The notes under the pieces are model-generated. The model did no database searches and had not been told where the DNA came from. It saw only the letters and a list, made by a program, of their open reading frames with translations. Shown here piece by piece: positions 14,950-29,494 of a stretch of 64,000 nt of DNA; the stretch's first letter is position 1, and each line of letters opens with the position of its first letter. Origin of the DNA: Octopus vulgaris (lineage: Eukaryota); contig OX597824.1 of the NCBI GenBank assembly GCA_951406725.2, positions 7,936,001 to 8,000,000 on the forward strand, given 5' to 3'. Made by a program: the position numbers and the translations under genes.

Positions 14950-14980
<31 letters not shown>

Positions 14981-15119
14981 TATGGCAGACAGACAGACAG
15001 ACAGAAGAACGGGCAGACAGACAGATAGATAGATAGATATGTAGGTAGGTAGGTAGGTAGGTAGGTAGGTAGGTAGGTAGGTAGGTAGGTAAGTAGGTAG
15101 GTAGATCGATCGATCGATC

Positions 15120-15210
<91 letters not shown>

Positions 15211-15789
15211 TGTTTAATGAACACAGTACATATTTTTATAAGCTACTAATAGTTTCATGCAATGTCAACGACACAGGCAGCATTTTGTAACGTCTGATTC
15301 GTTCATGCTACCTTCCGGTTGCGTTCACATGGCATTTGAAGCTAAAACAGGGTGACTGAATAAGAAGAAATACGTCCGTCTACGAAGTCCACTCACAAGG
15401 TTTTGGTCGGCCTGAGGCTATAGTAAAAGACACTTTCCCAAGGTGTCATGCTGTAGGATTGAACCTGGAACCATGTGGTTGGAATGCACGCACAGCTTAC
15501 CTCACTGCCAGGTGGTACCCCGTTAAACGGTGGACGAAGAAGTGGAAGAAGAGTAGTGTCTGACGTGAGAGATGGACTTAGTCATGTTGACTATTTTATG
15601 ATTCTCACACAAACCAAATTATATTAGTATTTAACTAAACCGAATATCGTATAGTGCAACTTATTTCTTAAGTTCTAAACAATAAAGATCTCTTAAGTAC
15701 ATAATGTAAAATAAAAATGTGTGAATATTCTTAAACAGACCAATGTCCATACTAAAATGTTTAAGTAGCCACTCATATAGTGAAAAATC

Positions 15790-16180
15790 TTCTTCAAACA
15801 TATTAAGAAAGCACTTCACATCAGAACACAGATACTTGCAGATTTTCAACTGAAACAGTTAAGCTCTCTTATCCCGCTACTCCAAACGTAGCTCAGACAT
15901 ACACTTCCCCTAACCTTTTCAACCAGCATCAATCAAACACACAGTCACCTACTAACAACTGAAATTGAATCTCACATAACCTGAATAGTTGTCCACTTAA
16001 CTACCACTGTCTAGCGGGAAGTATACTTTAAAAATGCTCAGTACAAAATACCGTTCATTCAGATCGTATATAGGTCTTATTTCTAATGATTTTAAGTTGC
16101 GGTTTAGCCACACATTCCAAAACCTTCTTCGAAGAAATGAAACTACTTTCTCGGGTTACATCTGGGATCTTAAAACTAGA
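15790..16180 (+). mobile_element. Penelope-like element remnant: linker and GIY-YIG endonuclease
   Basis: Frameshifted translation NILRKHFTSEHRYLQIFN / TVKLSYPATPN / SCPLNYHCLAGSIL / RSYIGLISNDFKLRFSH...ETTFSGYIWDLK matches the PLE motifs KHF...KIFNRNTVKVSYSC.PN, CPL.G.CL and YIG....FK.R. Confidence 0.8.
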
Positions 16181-16743
16181 TTGTGATCAGGTGTATAATG
16201 TTCTTTCCGTTGTCCAGTAAATTGTAATCTGTACTTTAACTAGATTCTTTATTTGCTACGCAGGTACAATATGGGTGTATGGTTAAAGAAGTTCGCTTTG
16301 TAACCATGAGGTTCCGGTTTCTATACCACTGCGTGGTATCTTAGGTAAATGCTATTTTCCTAACCTCCGGAGGATTCACACCTCATGGATGAAACTGAGT
16401 ACTGAAATTGTGTAGAAGCCCATCGGTTGGTTTTTAAAGTCCTGGTTAAAAGTACTTGAGATATGGAAGGTCAAATGTGAAAGCAATGCTTATAATCGCC
16501 ACAAATAGAAGAAACAAGTAAAGGCAGGAGTTGGTATTTTTGAAGAAACATGCATTTTTCATGCTGGACTTAAACGAGCTGGCCAAAACGCAACCACCAG
16601 TGTAGTGAACGGGGGTAAGTTTGGTCTGTAGTATCTGCAGACGTGTATGTTTATCAAGAGCTGAGCTAGCTGGTATGTATGTATGTATGTATGTATGTAT
16701 GTATGTATGTATGTATGTATGTATGTATGTATGTATGTATGTG

Positions 16744-16774
<31 letters not shown>

Positions 16775-16794
16775 ACATAAATAGATACATACAT

Positions 16795-16827
<33 letters not shown>

Positions 16828-17251
16828 CATACATATATATATATACATACATATATATACATATATATCTTTATACAGATGCACACACATATAATACACC
16901 CCACACACACACATATATATATACACATATATATATGTACTATATATATATATATGTACATATATGTTTATGTGTGTATGTGTGTGTGTCTGTATAAAGA
17001 CAAACAACAACACATATATGCACACATGCACGCATACATAAATATACACACATACAAGCACATAATACATATATACATACACACATGCATTCACACACAC
17101 ACACACATACATACACACCAAAAGAAAAATGTTGATTCTTGGCATTGACACCGTAGTGGGGGACATTACAAGCAGCGTTGTTCTTTTGATTGGCAGAAAA
17201 CCGGATACAACTGCATGGAACACATTCACATAAAACCAAATACACAAATCC

Positions 17252-17323
<72 letters not shown>

Positions 17324-17672
17324 ACACACACACACACTGCTCTTTCATTCAATACCTTTTACGTACACAAAGAAAAGAGTATGCTAATCCGATCTTATCT
17401 CGTACTCGCTTATTATCTGGTTTGAGTTTATAAACACACAGTAAATGTGGTGATAAAAGGAATATAATATTAAGCCACAGCCCATCTGTCCCCATCAGTA
17501 CTAAGCCACAGCCACAGCCTATCGGTCCCCACCAGGACCACTCAATAGTATCTATGAGAGTGCATTTCAAACGACATGATAGCAGAACTCTTGCGCCTTT
17601 CATCATCAATCACGCCCGCCTTCACAAGCGCACACCGAGTTGTTGATAACAAAGAAGTCATACGCACATATA

Positions 17673-18107
17673 TTGGGTCATCCCATAAATAGTACGCTTT
17701 TTTTTTTCAATACGTCTTTCATTTTTGAAAATTTAGATAAAGTTCCTGTTAAAGCTAAAATATACTCTCCTTCATTTTCTACAATGCTCTTCCAACTATC
17801 TGGTAGACTTGCAAAGTCCCTCATCAAAAATTCACTTATCCGTGACGAAATGTCCTCCTCCAGTATTGTTCTGACCTCGTCTAAAGAATTCATATTATTT
17901 CCGTCCAAATGATTTTGAAGACTGCGGAATAAATGATAGTCAGATGGGGTAATGTCCGGCTAATATGGTGGGTGGGACATCGTTCCCCATTCAAACTGCT
18001 CCAGCCTTTCGAATGCCATCCTCGAAGTATGTGGCCGAGCATTATCCTGATGGAAGAACACCTTTCCACTTGAAACAAAACATGGCCGTTTCAATCTCAT
18101 TTTCAAT
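17673..18107 (-). mobile_element. mariner (DD34D) transposase 3' remnant with terminal inverted repeat
   Basis: FFHQDNARPHTS...HPPY*PDITPSDYHLFRSLQNHLDG...WKSIVENEGEYIL; TA-flanked TIR TTGGGTCATCCCATAA is similar to the TIR ending at 41742. Confidence 0.9.
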
Positions 18108-19199
18108 CCCACTGCGCGGCACTTTGGGCTGGTGTCATTTTCTATAGCCTTGAGGTGAGTCATACCTTGTGAGTAAGACTGCGTTGATGGAAACCATTTG
18201 GAAGAGCGTCGGATTGATTGCGTCAGTAATCCAGAAGGCATACGCTTACCACGCAATGTGTCACGCTGATTCTGTCAAAGAGTCACGTTAAAGGTACAAG
18301 CGTCTGAGGAATTCTCAGCCACTCGCACGTTCATTCTATGAACGGGTAATTCATTTAATCAAATTAATTTTCATCATCGAAATGACGGAAGTACATCCAT
18401 CCATCCATATACGGTGGTAGTGTCATCAACAAATGCTTTTCCATTTAGCTTTTGTTTCGTGTTCTTTATTGCAATGTCTTGTAATGTATTGTAATGTGCT
18501 GTAATGGTTCGTTGTTGTAAATGCATGGTCAGTCAACGAGTCTGTGTCATACTTTATTAATAGTTAAGTACATCCGAAAATGGACACAAGGACTGCAGAG
18601 CGTTGAAATAAACTGTGCATATAACAAGGAGTCAACCGTAAAACCATTTTAAATTCAGCCATGATGGTTTTTATCCGTCATAGCATCATTCCCGTGACCC
18701 CTTGATGCCTATTACACGCCCGCACACAGACGCACACATACACACAGGCGAAAAAAAAAAGAACACTGCAGAGTCGTTAAAGCGTCGGACAGAATGCCCC
18801 GCGGTGTTTCTTCCGGCACTTTATGATCTGAGTTCAAATTTCTACCGAGATCAACTTTATTTTTCATCCTTTCAAATCGATGAAAAAAAGATACCAAATC
18901 AATGTGTTGGACTGGTGGAATGTCTTTGCGGTATTTGCTTCCGGGTCTTTGTTTTGCAAGTTCGAATCCTACACTGGCTTGTATGGGTAGTAGAATTAAT
19001 CCATCCCCCAGTTTAACACCACCACCTGGCACATAAGGTGTCTTTAGCCGAGTCCACTGTGCTGCAAGTATTCAGGACAGGTCTCAATTTGAAGATGCCT
19101 TCCTCCCACCCTGCCACCAATCTCAGAGTTCTTGTAACGGGCCATTGGCACTGCTTTTCTCTCTGACTTAAAGATAAAAAAAGTGTGCCACTATCACGT

Positions 19200-19955
19200 A
19201 CTTTATTGAGAAAATTAGACCAAGAAAGTCTTGAAACTTTTGAGCAATTGGTGACGCTATTATTTCAAACTAAACTAATAAAGACGAGAGGCATCTTTAA
19301 GTAAACAGGATTAAACACAAACACAGTCATGTTTTCATTATGAGGTGTTTAAACGAAAAGCTGCTCACTTGGGACCGAGTTAATGTTTACAAAAACTTTA
19401 CACTTGTTTCAGGTACCAAGAGAGTACCGCATACATGATGATTGCGTCATTTTATCATACGATAGCCGTCTCACATTCAGCCTGACTATCTCGATTTACT
19501 TTCATCTTTACATGAGCGCAAATATCCATCGCCGTAGCGCTTTATAAAATACAAAATGGAACAAGAAGTGAAATAATCGTCAGACATCTAAATATCATTA
19601 GATTTAAGTGACAAGAGCTTATACAGCGATTTTGTCTTTCTGTTGCCGAATTAGGTTCCAGTGAGAAGCATTGCAAAAGATAACTGGGACTATTTCGCCT
19701 GCAAGTCAGAGTATGTCCTGGCCTTGACATTAAACTGCATCCGGTGGTGAAGCTCTAATTCGGGACTTCTACAGTTTTGGGGAGCGTGGAGTCACTACTT
19801 AATAACCGTTATCCACGGGGTCGTTCTGACCCCTAATGGTAGTACCTGCCAGGATTTCATCGATCGGTTAAATAAATTTCCCAGGAATAGAGGGGAATTC
19901 CGTTATTTTGATAAAGCCGTGGAGAAGGCTTTATTCTTCTTGGAGAATACATAGA
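19200..19955. mobile_element. RTE-related non-autonomous element with 5' inversion
   Basis: 19370-19718 is the reverse complement of 27003-27355, while 19785-19955 matches 26825-27000 directly. Confidence 0.7.
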
Positions 19956-20166
19956 TATATACATACATATGTGCATCCAGCAATCCATCCATCCATCCAT
20001 CCATCCATACATACATACATACATACATACATACATACATACATACATACATACACATACATACATCCATACACATACATACATACGTAAATACATACAG
20101 CCATGAAAATAACACACATGAACAGGATGAAATACAATGATGGGCGTTGTTATTAGTTTCATATCC

Positions 20167-20217
<51 letters not shown>

Positions 20218-20561
20218 TGTATGTATGTATGCGCGCGTGTACAATTGTTGGTAATATGGAATGAATTTTAAGTAAAGTATTTATTTATTTACTTAAGAAG
20301 CCATCTTAATCGTGAAATCAGTTATGATTTGCTAAGAAGGATGAAAGGAAAAAAAATGAATGAATGAATTGAAGAAGGGCGGAAGGAAGGAAGGAAGGAA
20401 GGAATAAAGGAAGGAAGGAAGGAAGGACGGAAGGAAGGAAGGCAGGAAGGTAGGAAGGAAGGAAACGGAGAGAGAAAACAAAAACCACACAGTCTAAAGC
20501 AACATCGACAATATAAAAAGAGAAAAATAGGCTGAATTTTAGTATTGCATATGTCACTGGA

Positions 20562-20592
<31 letters not shown>

Positions 20593-20668
20593 AATTAGAA
20601 GTTTAAGTAAATATATGTATATGTGATGTATGTGTTTCCGTAATGTATTTGTGTGTGTGTTTATATAA

Positions 20669-20760
<92 letters not shown>

Positions 20761-20765
<5 letters not shown>

Positions 20766-20972
20766 ATCCAAACAAGAAAGCACAAAACAACACAACAACG
20801 TGAGGACATGGAACAAATATAGTATTATTGGACGCTCAGGAAAGAAGGAAAGAAGGAGGGTTTAACGTTTCGAGCGGAGCTCTTCGTCGGAAACATAGGA
20901 AAAAGAAAGATCCAGAGAAGGGAAGACAGAGGAAAAAAATTGCCAACGGCACACACGAGGTCACATTTTGAC
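20761..20972 (-). mobile_element. PLE-type pseudo-LTR fragment
   Basis: Discrete non-microsatellite block between TA/CA arrays, carrying a minimal hammerhead. Confidence 0.6.
20860..20894 (-). ncRNA. 35-nt minimal type-I hammerhead-like motif (U4C core variant)
   Basis: GUUU-CCGACGA-A-GAGC(UCC)GCUC-GAAA-CGUU-AAAC: perfect stems I and II, palindromic AACGUU stem III. Confidence 0.72.
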
Positions 20973-22686
20973 ATATATACGTACACACAAATACACACAC
21001 ACATGTAATGGTACTTGTATGTGCAAATAAGTATCCATATGAGGCATGTGTGTCGTGTATATAGTTATTTATGCGTGTTTCTGTGTATGTGTTTCAGTCT
21101 TAGTGTACTTGGCATGTATGTCTATGGTGAATCCGCGCGCGCATGTGTGTGTGTCTGTGTGTGTGTGTGTATGTGTGTCGTATGTGAGCATGCAAACACA
21201 CGTGTATGATAATATGTGTGTGTATGTAGGTGTCTGCGAGTAATCTGTTATGTACGCATGTGTAAATGTATGTATGAAGGAATGTATGTATGTACGAATG
21301 TATGTATGTTTGTATGTATGCATACATGTATGTACATGCATGCATACATGTATTCATGTATGCACGCAAGTTTACATGTATGTACGATGCATGTATGTAT
21401 ATTTGTATGTATGTCAATATGTGTGTATTTATGTATATATAGGCATGTATGTATTTATGCATGTATGCATGCATGTATGTATGTATGCGTGCATGTATGC
21501 TTCTATGTATGCATGTATGTATATTTGTATGTATGTATGTATATGTGCTCTTATGCATGTATGTATGTATGTGTGTATGTATGCATATTTGTATGTATGT
21601 ATGTATGTATGTATTATGTATGTATGCATGTTTGTATGCATGTATGTATGCTTGTATGCGTGTATGCATGAATGTATGCATGTATGTATGCTTGTATGCA
21701 TGTATGTGTGTGTATGTATGCATGTATGTATGTAGTTATGTAACGTGTGTGAATATGTGTTTTTTAGCCCCAATTCAGGAAGAAAAATGGAGAAAGATAA
21801 AGAAAAATTAAAAACTAGCATTAAAAAAAAACTAAAAAAAAACGGAAAATAAGAATATAAAAGAAAGACTGACATGCAACAAAACAAAATAAAGATTATA
21901 AACGGAAGAGAAAAAAAGTAAGAGAGAGAAAAAAAGGATTAAATAGTTTGGCTAAGATGGCGGAAGAGTAGATGGCGGCTTGCATTGATAAGGACATTAA
22001 ACGCTGACTTTCTTTCAAACTTCAGAAAGAATAAAAAGAAAAGAAAGAAAAAGAAGAAGAAATATAGAAAACATACCCAAAGAGAGAGAGAGAGAGAGAT
22101 ATCCAGAAAGCTGAAATAGCTAAAGTCAGGGTTTTTGCTTCACAATTTAGGAGAGGAAATAAAAAAAAAATGGAAAATAAAAAAATTTAAAAAATACCCA
22201 TATTGTTTCAGATAACTTTCTTTCACTTCTATTTGTATTTTTTTCTTTAAATTTATATTTGTACTTTAATTCTCGTCTCTTTTGTTATTTACGTGTTTAT
22301 TTATTTATTTCCCAAAATATATTATTTCCCGCTTTCCGCTCTTGTTCATTTGGGAGATTTAAAACATGCCGTTGTATCTAAATCGTTGTGAGAAAGTCGT
22401 TTTAATTTAAACACGAATCTTATCTGGTTTGATTTAAAGTGTTATTACTGGAATCAATAGCCGTGTATGCACCCATGTGTATTGTTTATATGCATCGTGT
22501 GTGAGCGTGTCTGTACATATGTATATGTGTGTGTATGTGCGTGTGTGTATGTGTGTGTATGTAGATATAGATACACACATACATATACACTCTTACACAC
22601 GCTAACATATATATAGAAATACACATGTATATGTATAGATAAATATATACATCTTTATATATGTGTGTGTGTTTGTGTGTGTTTGT

Positions 22687-22736
<50 letters not shown>

Positions 22737-23389
22737 ATTTGCATCATGAATGTGTGGTGTGTGTATTTGTGAGACGCGAGAGAACAGGAAATGCATTATG
22801 GCGAAAAAGAGGGAAGTCTTTTTTTTTCTTTTTCAGAACGCTTGATAGAAAAAACCTGGTTAACATCATTATCTTCCGGTTTCCGAAGGGGAACAACAAC
22901 AACAACAACAACAATAGCAATAACAACAACAACAACAACAGCAACATCATCAATCAACAAATAAACAAACACTTGAAGATTCATGCAGTAAAATGTAGGC
23001 GAAAACTAAGACAAATTATTAATTAAATCAGAGTAGAGTCGTAATTATAACAGAAAAAAAAATAATTATAATTTAACCTTAATGTTTAATTATCATGGAA
23101 CGTAAGGGAGACAACTATGAATCTGGACGGAGGGAAACTGTGCGGAAGCCGTTTGGATAGATTGGATATGTAATTCAAAAGTCCAGCCTTGCTCCATGCC
23201 TTGTCTTGTTGCTTTTGAGCGAGGAATTACGTTAAGGGTACAGTGTGTGTGTGTGTGTGGAATATTTCCAAGAATTCGATTGGTACTTTATTTTATCGAA
23301 CTCCTCAAGAATAAAAGTTTAAAATGGATCTTGAAAGGGGTCGTAGATAAACAAGAATTTCTTACTTTATCTCAGGACCAATGTTTTAC

Positions 23390-23610
23390 GGCGGTTGAAA
23401 GTGGTGAGCTGGCAGAATCGTTAACACGCCAGGGAAAATGCTTAGCGGTATGTCGTCTGTTTTTACGTTCCGAGTTCAAATTCTCTCGAGGTCCACTTCG
23501 CCTTTCATCCCTTTCAGGGTCGACAAATTAAGAACCAGTAGAACTCTAGGATCGATGTAATCGTCTTGCCCCCTCCCTCGAATTTTCTGGCCCGGTATCA
23601 ACGTTTGAAA
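23390..23610 (+). mobile_element. SINE family B, diverged
   Basis: GGTGAGCTGGCAGAATCGTTAAC...GAGTTCAAATT...CCTTTCATCCCTTTCAGGGTCGAC. Confidence 0.8.
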
Positions 23611-24194
23611 TCAAAATTATGCAGCAGTTGGGGTAGGAGCAGGAACATTCGATTATACTGACCTGGCACTTAATTTTGTCGAAAGGACGCATGCGTGGCT
23701 GAGTGGTTAAGAAGTTCGCTTCGCAACCATGAAGTCACGAGTTCAAACCCACTGCGTGACGACTTGGGCAAATGTCTCTTACCATCGAGATGAGTCAACC
23801 AAAATCTTGAAAGTAAATTCGGGTAGATGGAAACTATATAGAAGCCCGCCAGGAGGACTGTGCCCCTAATTCAAAGGTCCAGCTATGTCATAATTGAGTG
23901 ATGATGATCTTTAACAATCATGTTAACTCTACGTATGTACACGGTATACTCAATCACTTTGCACACTAATTCAATGCAAAGAGTGTCCATGGGTCGAAGT
24001 CGACTCGACACGCGAACCAGTTTCCACTTTTAGCAATCTTAGAAGAATAAAAGGAATGGTTTAACCCCCCTATGGGATTTGAACTAGGAAAGCAAGGATT
24101 TGGACTGAATGCTGTCCGTTGCTTTACCGCTTCTGCCAATCTACCCATCTTGCATACCCGTAACAATTACCGTTCGGGATTTTATCTTTTATTT

Positions 24195-24421
24195 CTCTTT
24201 TACTTGTTTCAGTCATTTGACTGAGGCCATGCTGGAGCAACGCTTTTAGTCGAGCAAATCGACCCCAAGACTTATTCTTTGGAAGCCTAGTACTTATTCT
24301 ATCGGTCTCTATTGCCGAACCGCTAATTTATGGGGACGTAAACACACCATCATCGGTTGTCAAGCGATGTTGGGGGGACAAACACAGACGCATAAACATA
24401 TACACACACATACAAACATAC

Positions 24422-24468
<47 letters not shown>

Positions 24469-24659
24469 CATACATACATGCATACATATATACAACAGGC
24501 TTCTTTCAGTTTCCGTATACCATATCCACTCACAAGGCTTTGGTCAGCCCGAGGCTATAATGGAAGACACTTGCCCAAGGTGCCACGTAGTGAGACTGAA
24601 CCCGGAACCATGTGGTTCGTAAGCAAGCTGCTTACCACCACACAGCCACTCCTACGCCT
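24195..24659 (-). mobile_element. SINE family A, full length
   Basis: Collinear match to family A. Confidence 0.92.
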
Positions 24660-24735
24660 GTGTGTCTTTCTTTATGCGTCTCTCTGTACGGATTGATATA
24701 TGTATCTGCTTAGAGATTATGTGTGTATGTCATTA

Positions 24736-24798
<63 letters not shown>

Positions 24799-25563
24799 GT
24801 ATGTGAGTGCAAGATATCATGTGATGCTGTATATGAGTGTGTGTGAGTACATGCATGTTATCATGAGCGTGTTTGTGTACATGAACGTATGTATGTGTGT
24901 GCGTGTGTTCTGATTCAAGGTCGTCTGAAGTGTCGTGACATCTCACGCAAAGCAGCCGACAAGATTTGATGGCGAAGGCTGGAAGGAGGAGGATGAGGAG
25001 GAGGGGGGTCTGTTTATTGTTTCTTTTTTTATCTTTTTGTGTATGTTTTTGCGGGGTTTGTTTTTCCCTGCTGTTTTTGTTTTGTTTATTCATTCCCCCC
25101 CCCCCTGCTATCCTTCTTAATACATATTTTCACATCAATGTTTACCACTTAAGCTCACCCGAGAGAGAGAGAGAGAGACCACGCGGTGGGGGGCGGCGGG
25201 AGGACAAAGAGTGGTGGTGGGGGGAGTGAGATGTAATAAAAATTAAGGCTTGCGTTTTACATATTATATATGACGTAACTTATTGAGGTGGGAAGGTCAT
25301 GGAGAGAAATTTAGGAGAAGCAGGAAGAAATAGTGATGGTGGTGGTTGTTAGGAAATTATTGTTGCTGTTGTTGATGCCATTGATGATGTGATTGTTGTT
25401 GTTGTTGTTACTGATATTGTTGTTGTGGTTGTTGCTGTAGATATTATTGTTGTTATTACTGTTGTTGTTGTTGTTGTTTGTTTGTTATTAATCTTAATGT
25501 TGATGTTCATATTTTTTGTTTTTGATCTTCTTTTGTTATTAATGTTGTTTGCTGTTGTTGTTG

Positions 25564-25595
<32 letters not shown>

Positions 25596-25663
25596 GGTGG
25601 TGGTGGTGGTGGTGATAATGCTGTCGTAGAGAATGCTGTTCTGCTGCTGCTGTTGTTATTGTT

Positions 25664-25699
<36 letters not shown>

Positions 25700-25709
25700 G
25701 CTGATGTTG

Positions 25710-25799
<90 letters not shown>

Positions 25800-25974
25800 C
25801 TGTTGTTGCCGATATTGTTGTTGTCGTGGTTGATGCTGTTCTTGTTGTTCTTGTTCTTGTAGTAGCCGTTGTTATTGATGCTGTGCTTGTTATTGCAACT
25901 GTTGACAATGTCCTCGTGGTCTTATGCCCATGTGGCCATTGGTGTTTACATACCAAATGCAGATATATACAAAA

Positions 25975-26106
25975 TGTATGCATGTATGTATGTATGTATG
26001 TATGTATGTATGTATGTATGTATGTATGTATGTATGTATGTGTGTGTGTATGTACGTACGTATGTATGTATGCATGTATGTATGTATGTTTGTATGTGTA
26101 TGTATG

Positions 26107-26137
<31 letters not shown>

Positions 26138-26800
26138 TTATGTATGTATGTACGTATGTATGTGTGTATGTACGTACGTATGTATGTATGCATGTATGTA
26201 TGTATGTATGTATGTATGCATGTATGTATGCATGTGTGTATGTACGTACGTATGTATGTATGCATGTATGTATGTATGTTTGTATGTGTGTGTATGTATA
26301 TATGTATGTATGTACGTATGTATGTGTGTATGCATGTATGTATGTATGTATGTTTGTATGTGTGTGTATGTATATATGTATGTATGTATGTATGTACGTA
26401 TGTATGTATGTATGTATGTATGTATGTATGTATGTTTGTATGTGTGTGTATGTATATATGTATGTATGTATGTATGTACGTATGTATGTGTGTATGTACG
26501 TACGTATGTATGTATGTATGTATGCATGTATGTATGCATGTATGTATGTATGTATGTATGTATGTATGTATGTATGTATGTATGTATGTATGTATGTGTG
26601 TATGTATGTATGTATGTATGTATGTATGTATGTTTGTATGTATGCATGCATGTATGTATGTATGTATGTATGTATGTATGTATGTGTGTATGTACGTACG
26701 TATGTATGCATGTATCTATGTGTGTATGTATGCATGCATGCATGTATATATGTATGAAATACCTATGTATGCATTTATGTATGTATGCATGCATGTATAT
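25975..26800. repeat. (TATG)n imperfect microsatellite
   Basis: Directly visible; preceded by GTT/GGT/GAT triplet arrays at 25340-25900. Confidence 0.97.
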
Positions 26801-26824
26801 ACGTATTCATTTCTGAAGTTATGT

Positions 26825-27400
26825 GGAGCATGGAGTTACATCTCAATCACCATTCCCCCCCCCCCACGTTCATTCTCACCCGGAATGGTAGGACCTGTAA
26901 GGGTCACATCTATGGATTAAATAGATTTCCCAGGGGTAGATGAGGTTCCCGTTATTATAGCCAAAACTATGGGGAAGGCAGCTCTTCTAGGAGAAAGATA
27001 CTCGGACATAAAACTCGCAGTCAAAATAGCACCAGTCCTCTTGCCGGACTTGTCACTGGAACCTTCTGTGGCGATCGGACAAGTGGCAAAAGTTGTTGTT
27101 CAAGTTGTTGTCATTTAATCCAATGACATGCAGATGTCTCACTTCTCATTTCATTTTCTTGAATCGTTTTGTATTTACTAGTGTCTTATGGCAATGGATA
27201 TCCGCGCACGTGCAAGGATGGAAGCAAATTGGAACAATCAGGTTGAATGTGAGACGACTATCATCTGACAAGATGAAGCAGTCATCATGTCTGCAGTATA
27301 CTCTCAGTACTTGAAACAGGAGTAAAGTTTTTGCAAATGCTAAGTCAGTCTCGAGAGAACAAGTTGAATGTGAGACAGTTATCATCTGACAAGATGAGAC
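26825..27400 (+). mobile_element. SINE-like head joined to an RTE-like 5' UTR and AP-endonuclease start
   Basis: Head similar to 41890-41990; GAAGGCAGCTCTTCTAGGAGAAAG resembles an RTE 5' UTR; KQIGTIRLNVRRLSSDKMKQSSCLQ resembles the APE N-terminal motif GT.NVRTL...CLQE. Confidence 0.6.
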
Positions 27401-28424
27401 AATCGTCGTTTGTGCACATGTATTAAAGTACGTATGTCAGGTCTCGTTAAGTACTACCAGTAGCATGTGACCCAGTACAACGTGTCGTATGCTCGGGCCA
27501 TCGGCTTCTAAACTGGCGGCCCTATCAAGTCTGTTTAGTAAGGAGGGCGGTTTTCGTTGCACACCATGAAGGGTGAAAAACAAAACCTGTCAACTCTCTA
27601 GTGTCAACGGCCATCCAATATATACAAGTGTGAGACCCCCAGTCCTTGTTTAAACATTTCTTCTGAAGGAAAACTCTGATGTAACACCTGCGACCAGTTC
27701 TTTTCACTTGAAAAAGCTTCAGGCACAAGTATCGCTTGATTTTTAACATCTCTATAAAGACCTCTGTTATGTGTTGCTTACTGTGTCTAGTCGTAGCAGA
27801 AAAATTCCATGAATGATGAGCCTTCGAAGACCCTGCTGTAAAAGCCCCCATCGTTACCACACCTGTCTGTCCAAAAGAATGTAGATTCCATGCACAACTG
27901 AAAGAACACATATGTGTTGCTTTAAGAGAACAATCAAGAGATTTCTTGCTTGAAATCGAGTTGCAGCCATTATGTATGTACGTATGTATGTACATGTGTA
28001 AGTATGTATGTATGTATGTATATGTGTGTGTGTGTATGTATGTATCTATCTATGTATGTACTATGTACGTATGTATGTATGTGTGTGTATGTATGTACGT
28101 ATGTATTTTTCTGCAGTTTTAGCTCAGAGCTGTGGCCATGCTGGTGCACCGCCGTTTGTATATATGTAAATAAGTATGTATGTATGTATGAATGTATGTA
28201 TGTATGTATGCATTATGTATGTACGTATGTATAAGCGTAAGTACGTAAGTATGTATGTATATATGTATGTACGTATGCATATGTGTAAGTATATATGTAC
28301 GTATGTATATGTGTAAGTAAGTATGTATGTATGTACGTATGCATATCCGTAAGTATGTATGTATTATCTACGTATGCATATATGATTGCATATATATGTA
28401 TGTGTGACTATAAACACCCCCAAC

Positions 28425-28465
<41 letters not shown>

Positions 28466-29036
28466 ATATATGCAGGTGGGCGAGCGTATGATTTGGGCTG
28501 GACACTCTGAGGACGAAAAACAGAACCTATGACAGGACGGATGACCTTAGACTCCACAACCATCCAACAGCTGCGAATGAAAGTTCATTATTCATTGTCT
28601 CGACATCTCTCAAGGAGAAACAAAATTCCCAAATGATGCCCACCTCATTGCAACGCTCGGGATCTTTGTCTTTCTTGTTTCAAGATTACTTGGCTTCGTA
28701 GATGAGGGCCTTAGCGGTGTTGTCCAAGATGTTACAGACTTTATAGTTCAGCACAGGCATTGCTGGCAGCCATTGCCTTTAAGAGTTTAGCATTTAAACT
28801 GACCTTATTCGGCCCAAATATTCTGTTTTGTGTTGAAGCTGGTTAGATCCAGTTTCTCGCACGGACCCTACACTGTCACGCTAAAAACGAGCAGTTACAT
28901 CATCAAAATCTCAAAACTATGAGATAATGCATGTTTAATTTTAAAATATGTGTCTAAATAAGCATTATTGCCAAGAGTAGCAAGGGCACTTTTGTTTTGC
29001 TATGCATGCTAATATTATCACCACATTTATTCCATC

Positions 29037-29494
29037 TTAGATGGAGAGCGCTTTCCGTAGTATATGGGTTGTACGCATCAAGGTTATCTTTTGTAGTTCA
29101 CGGAGATTGGAATTACCAGGGAGTTGCTCAATATACTTCTCAGCTCCCTTCTTTATTACTACTGGTATTATTGTAGTACTAAGCTTCCACGTTTTTGTGA
29201 TTACAATTTGCAGATCTTTATAGTGAGAAAGCTTTTCGTATTCCTCTCTTGAGACATTTTGATCTTGTGGGACAGACATAATCTATTAACAGACAAGTTC
29301 TTCTATAGTAGTCCTTGATCCTGGTCGATTGGAGTCAGTTTTTCTGTCTGTTTGTATTGGGAAGTTCCAAAGGATGGTGGTGCCCTCACCATTTACTACA
29401 TCCTCTGAATGGTGCCTGTACCATTTATAATGGGATTTAATTTTGTAGTATTTACAAGCATTCCAGTGGATGTACTGTCCTAGTCTGTCATGTC
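29037..29494 (-). mobile_element. R4/Dong-type non-LTR retrotransposon remnant (restriction-like endonuclease domain)
   Basis: RHDRLGQYIHWNACKYY...WYRHHSEDVV...ILWNFPIQTDRKTDSNRP...MSVPQDQNVSREEYEKLSHYKDL...ELQKITLMRTTHILRKALSI*; 5'-truncated at the (GAA)n array. Confidence 0.9.
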
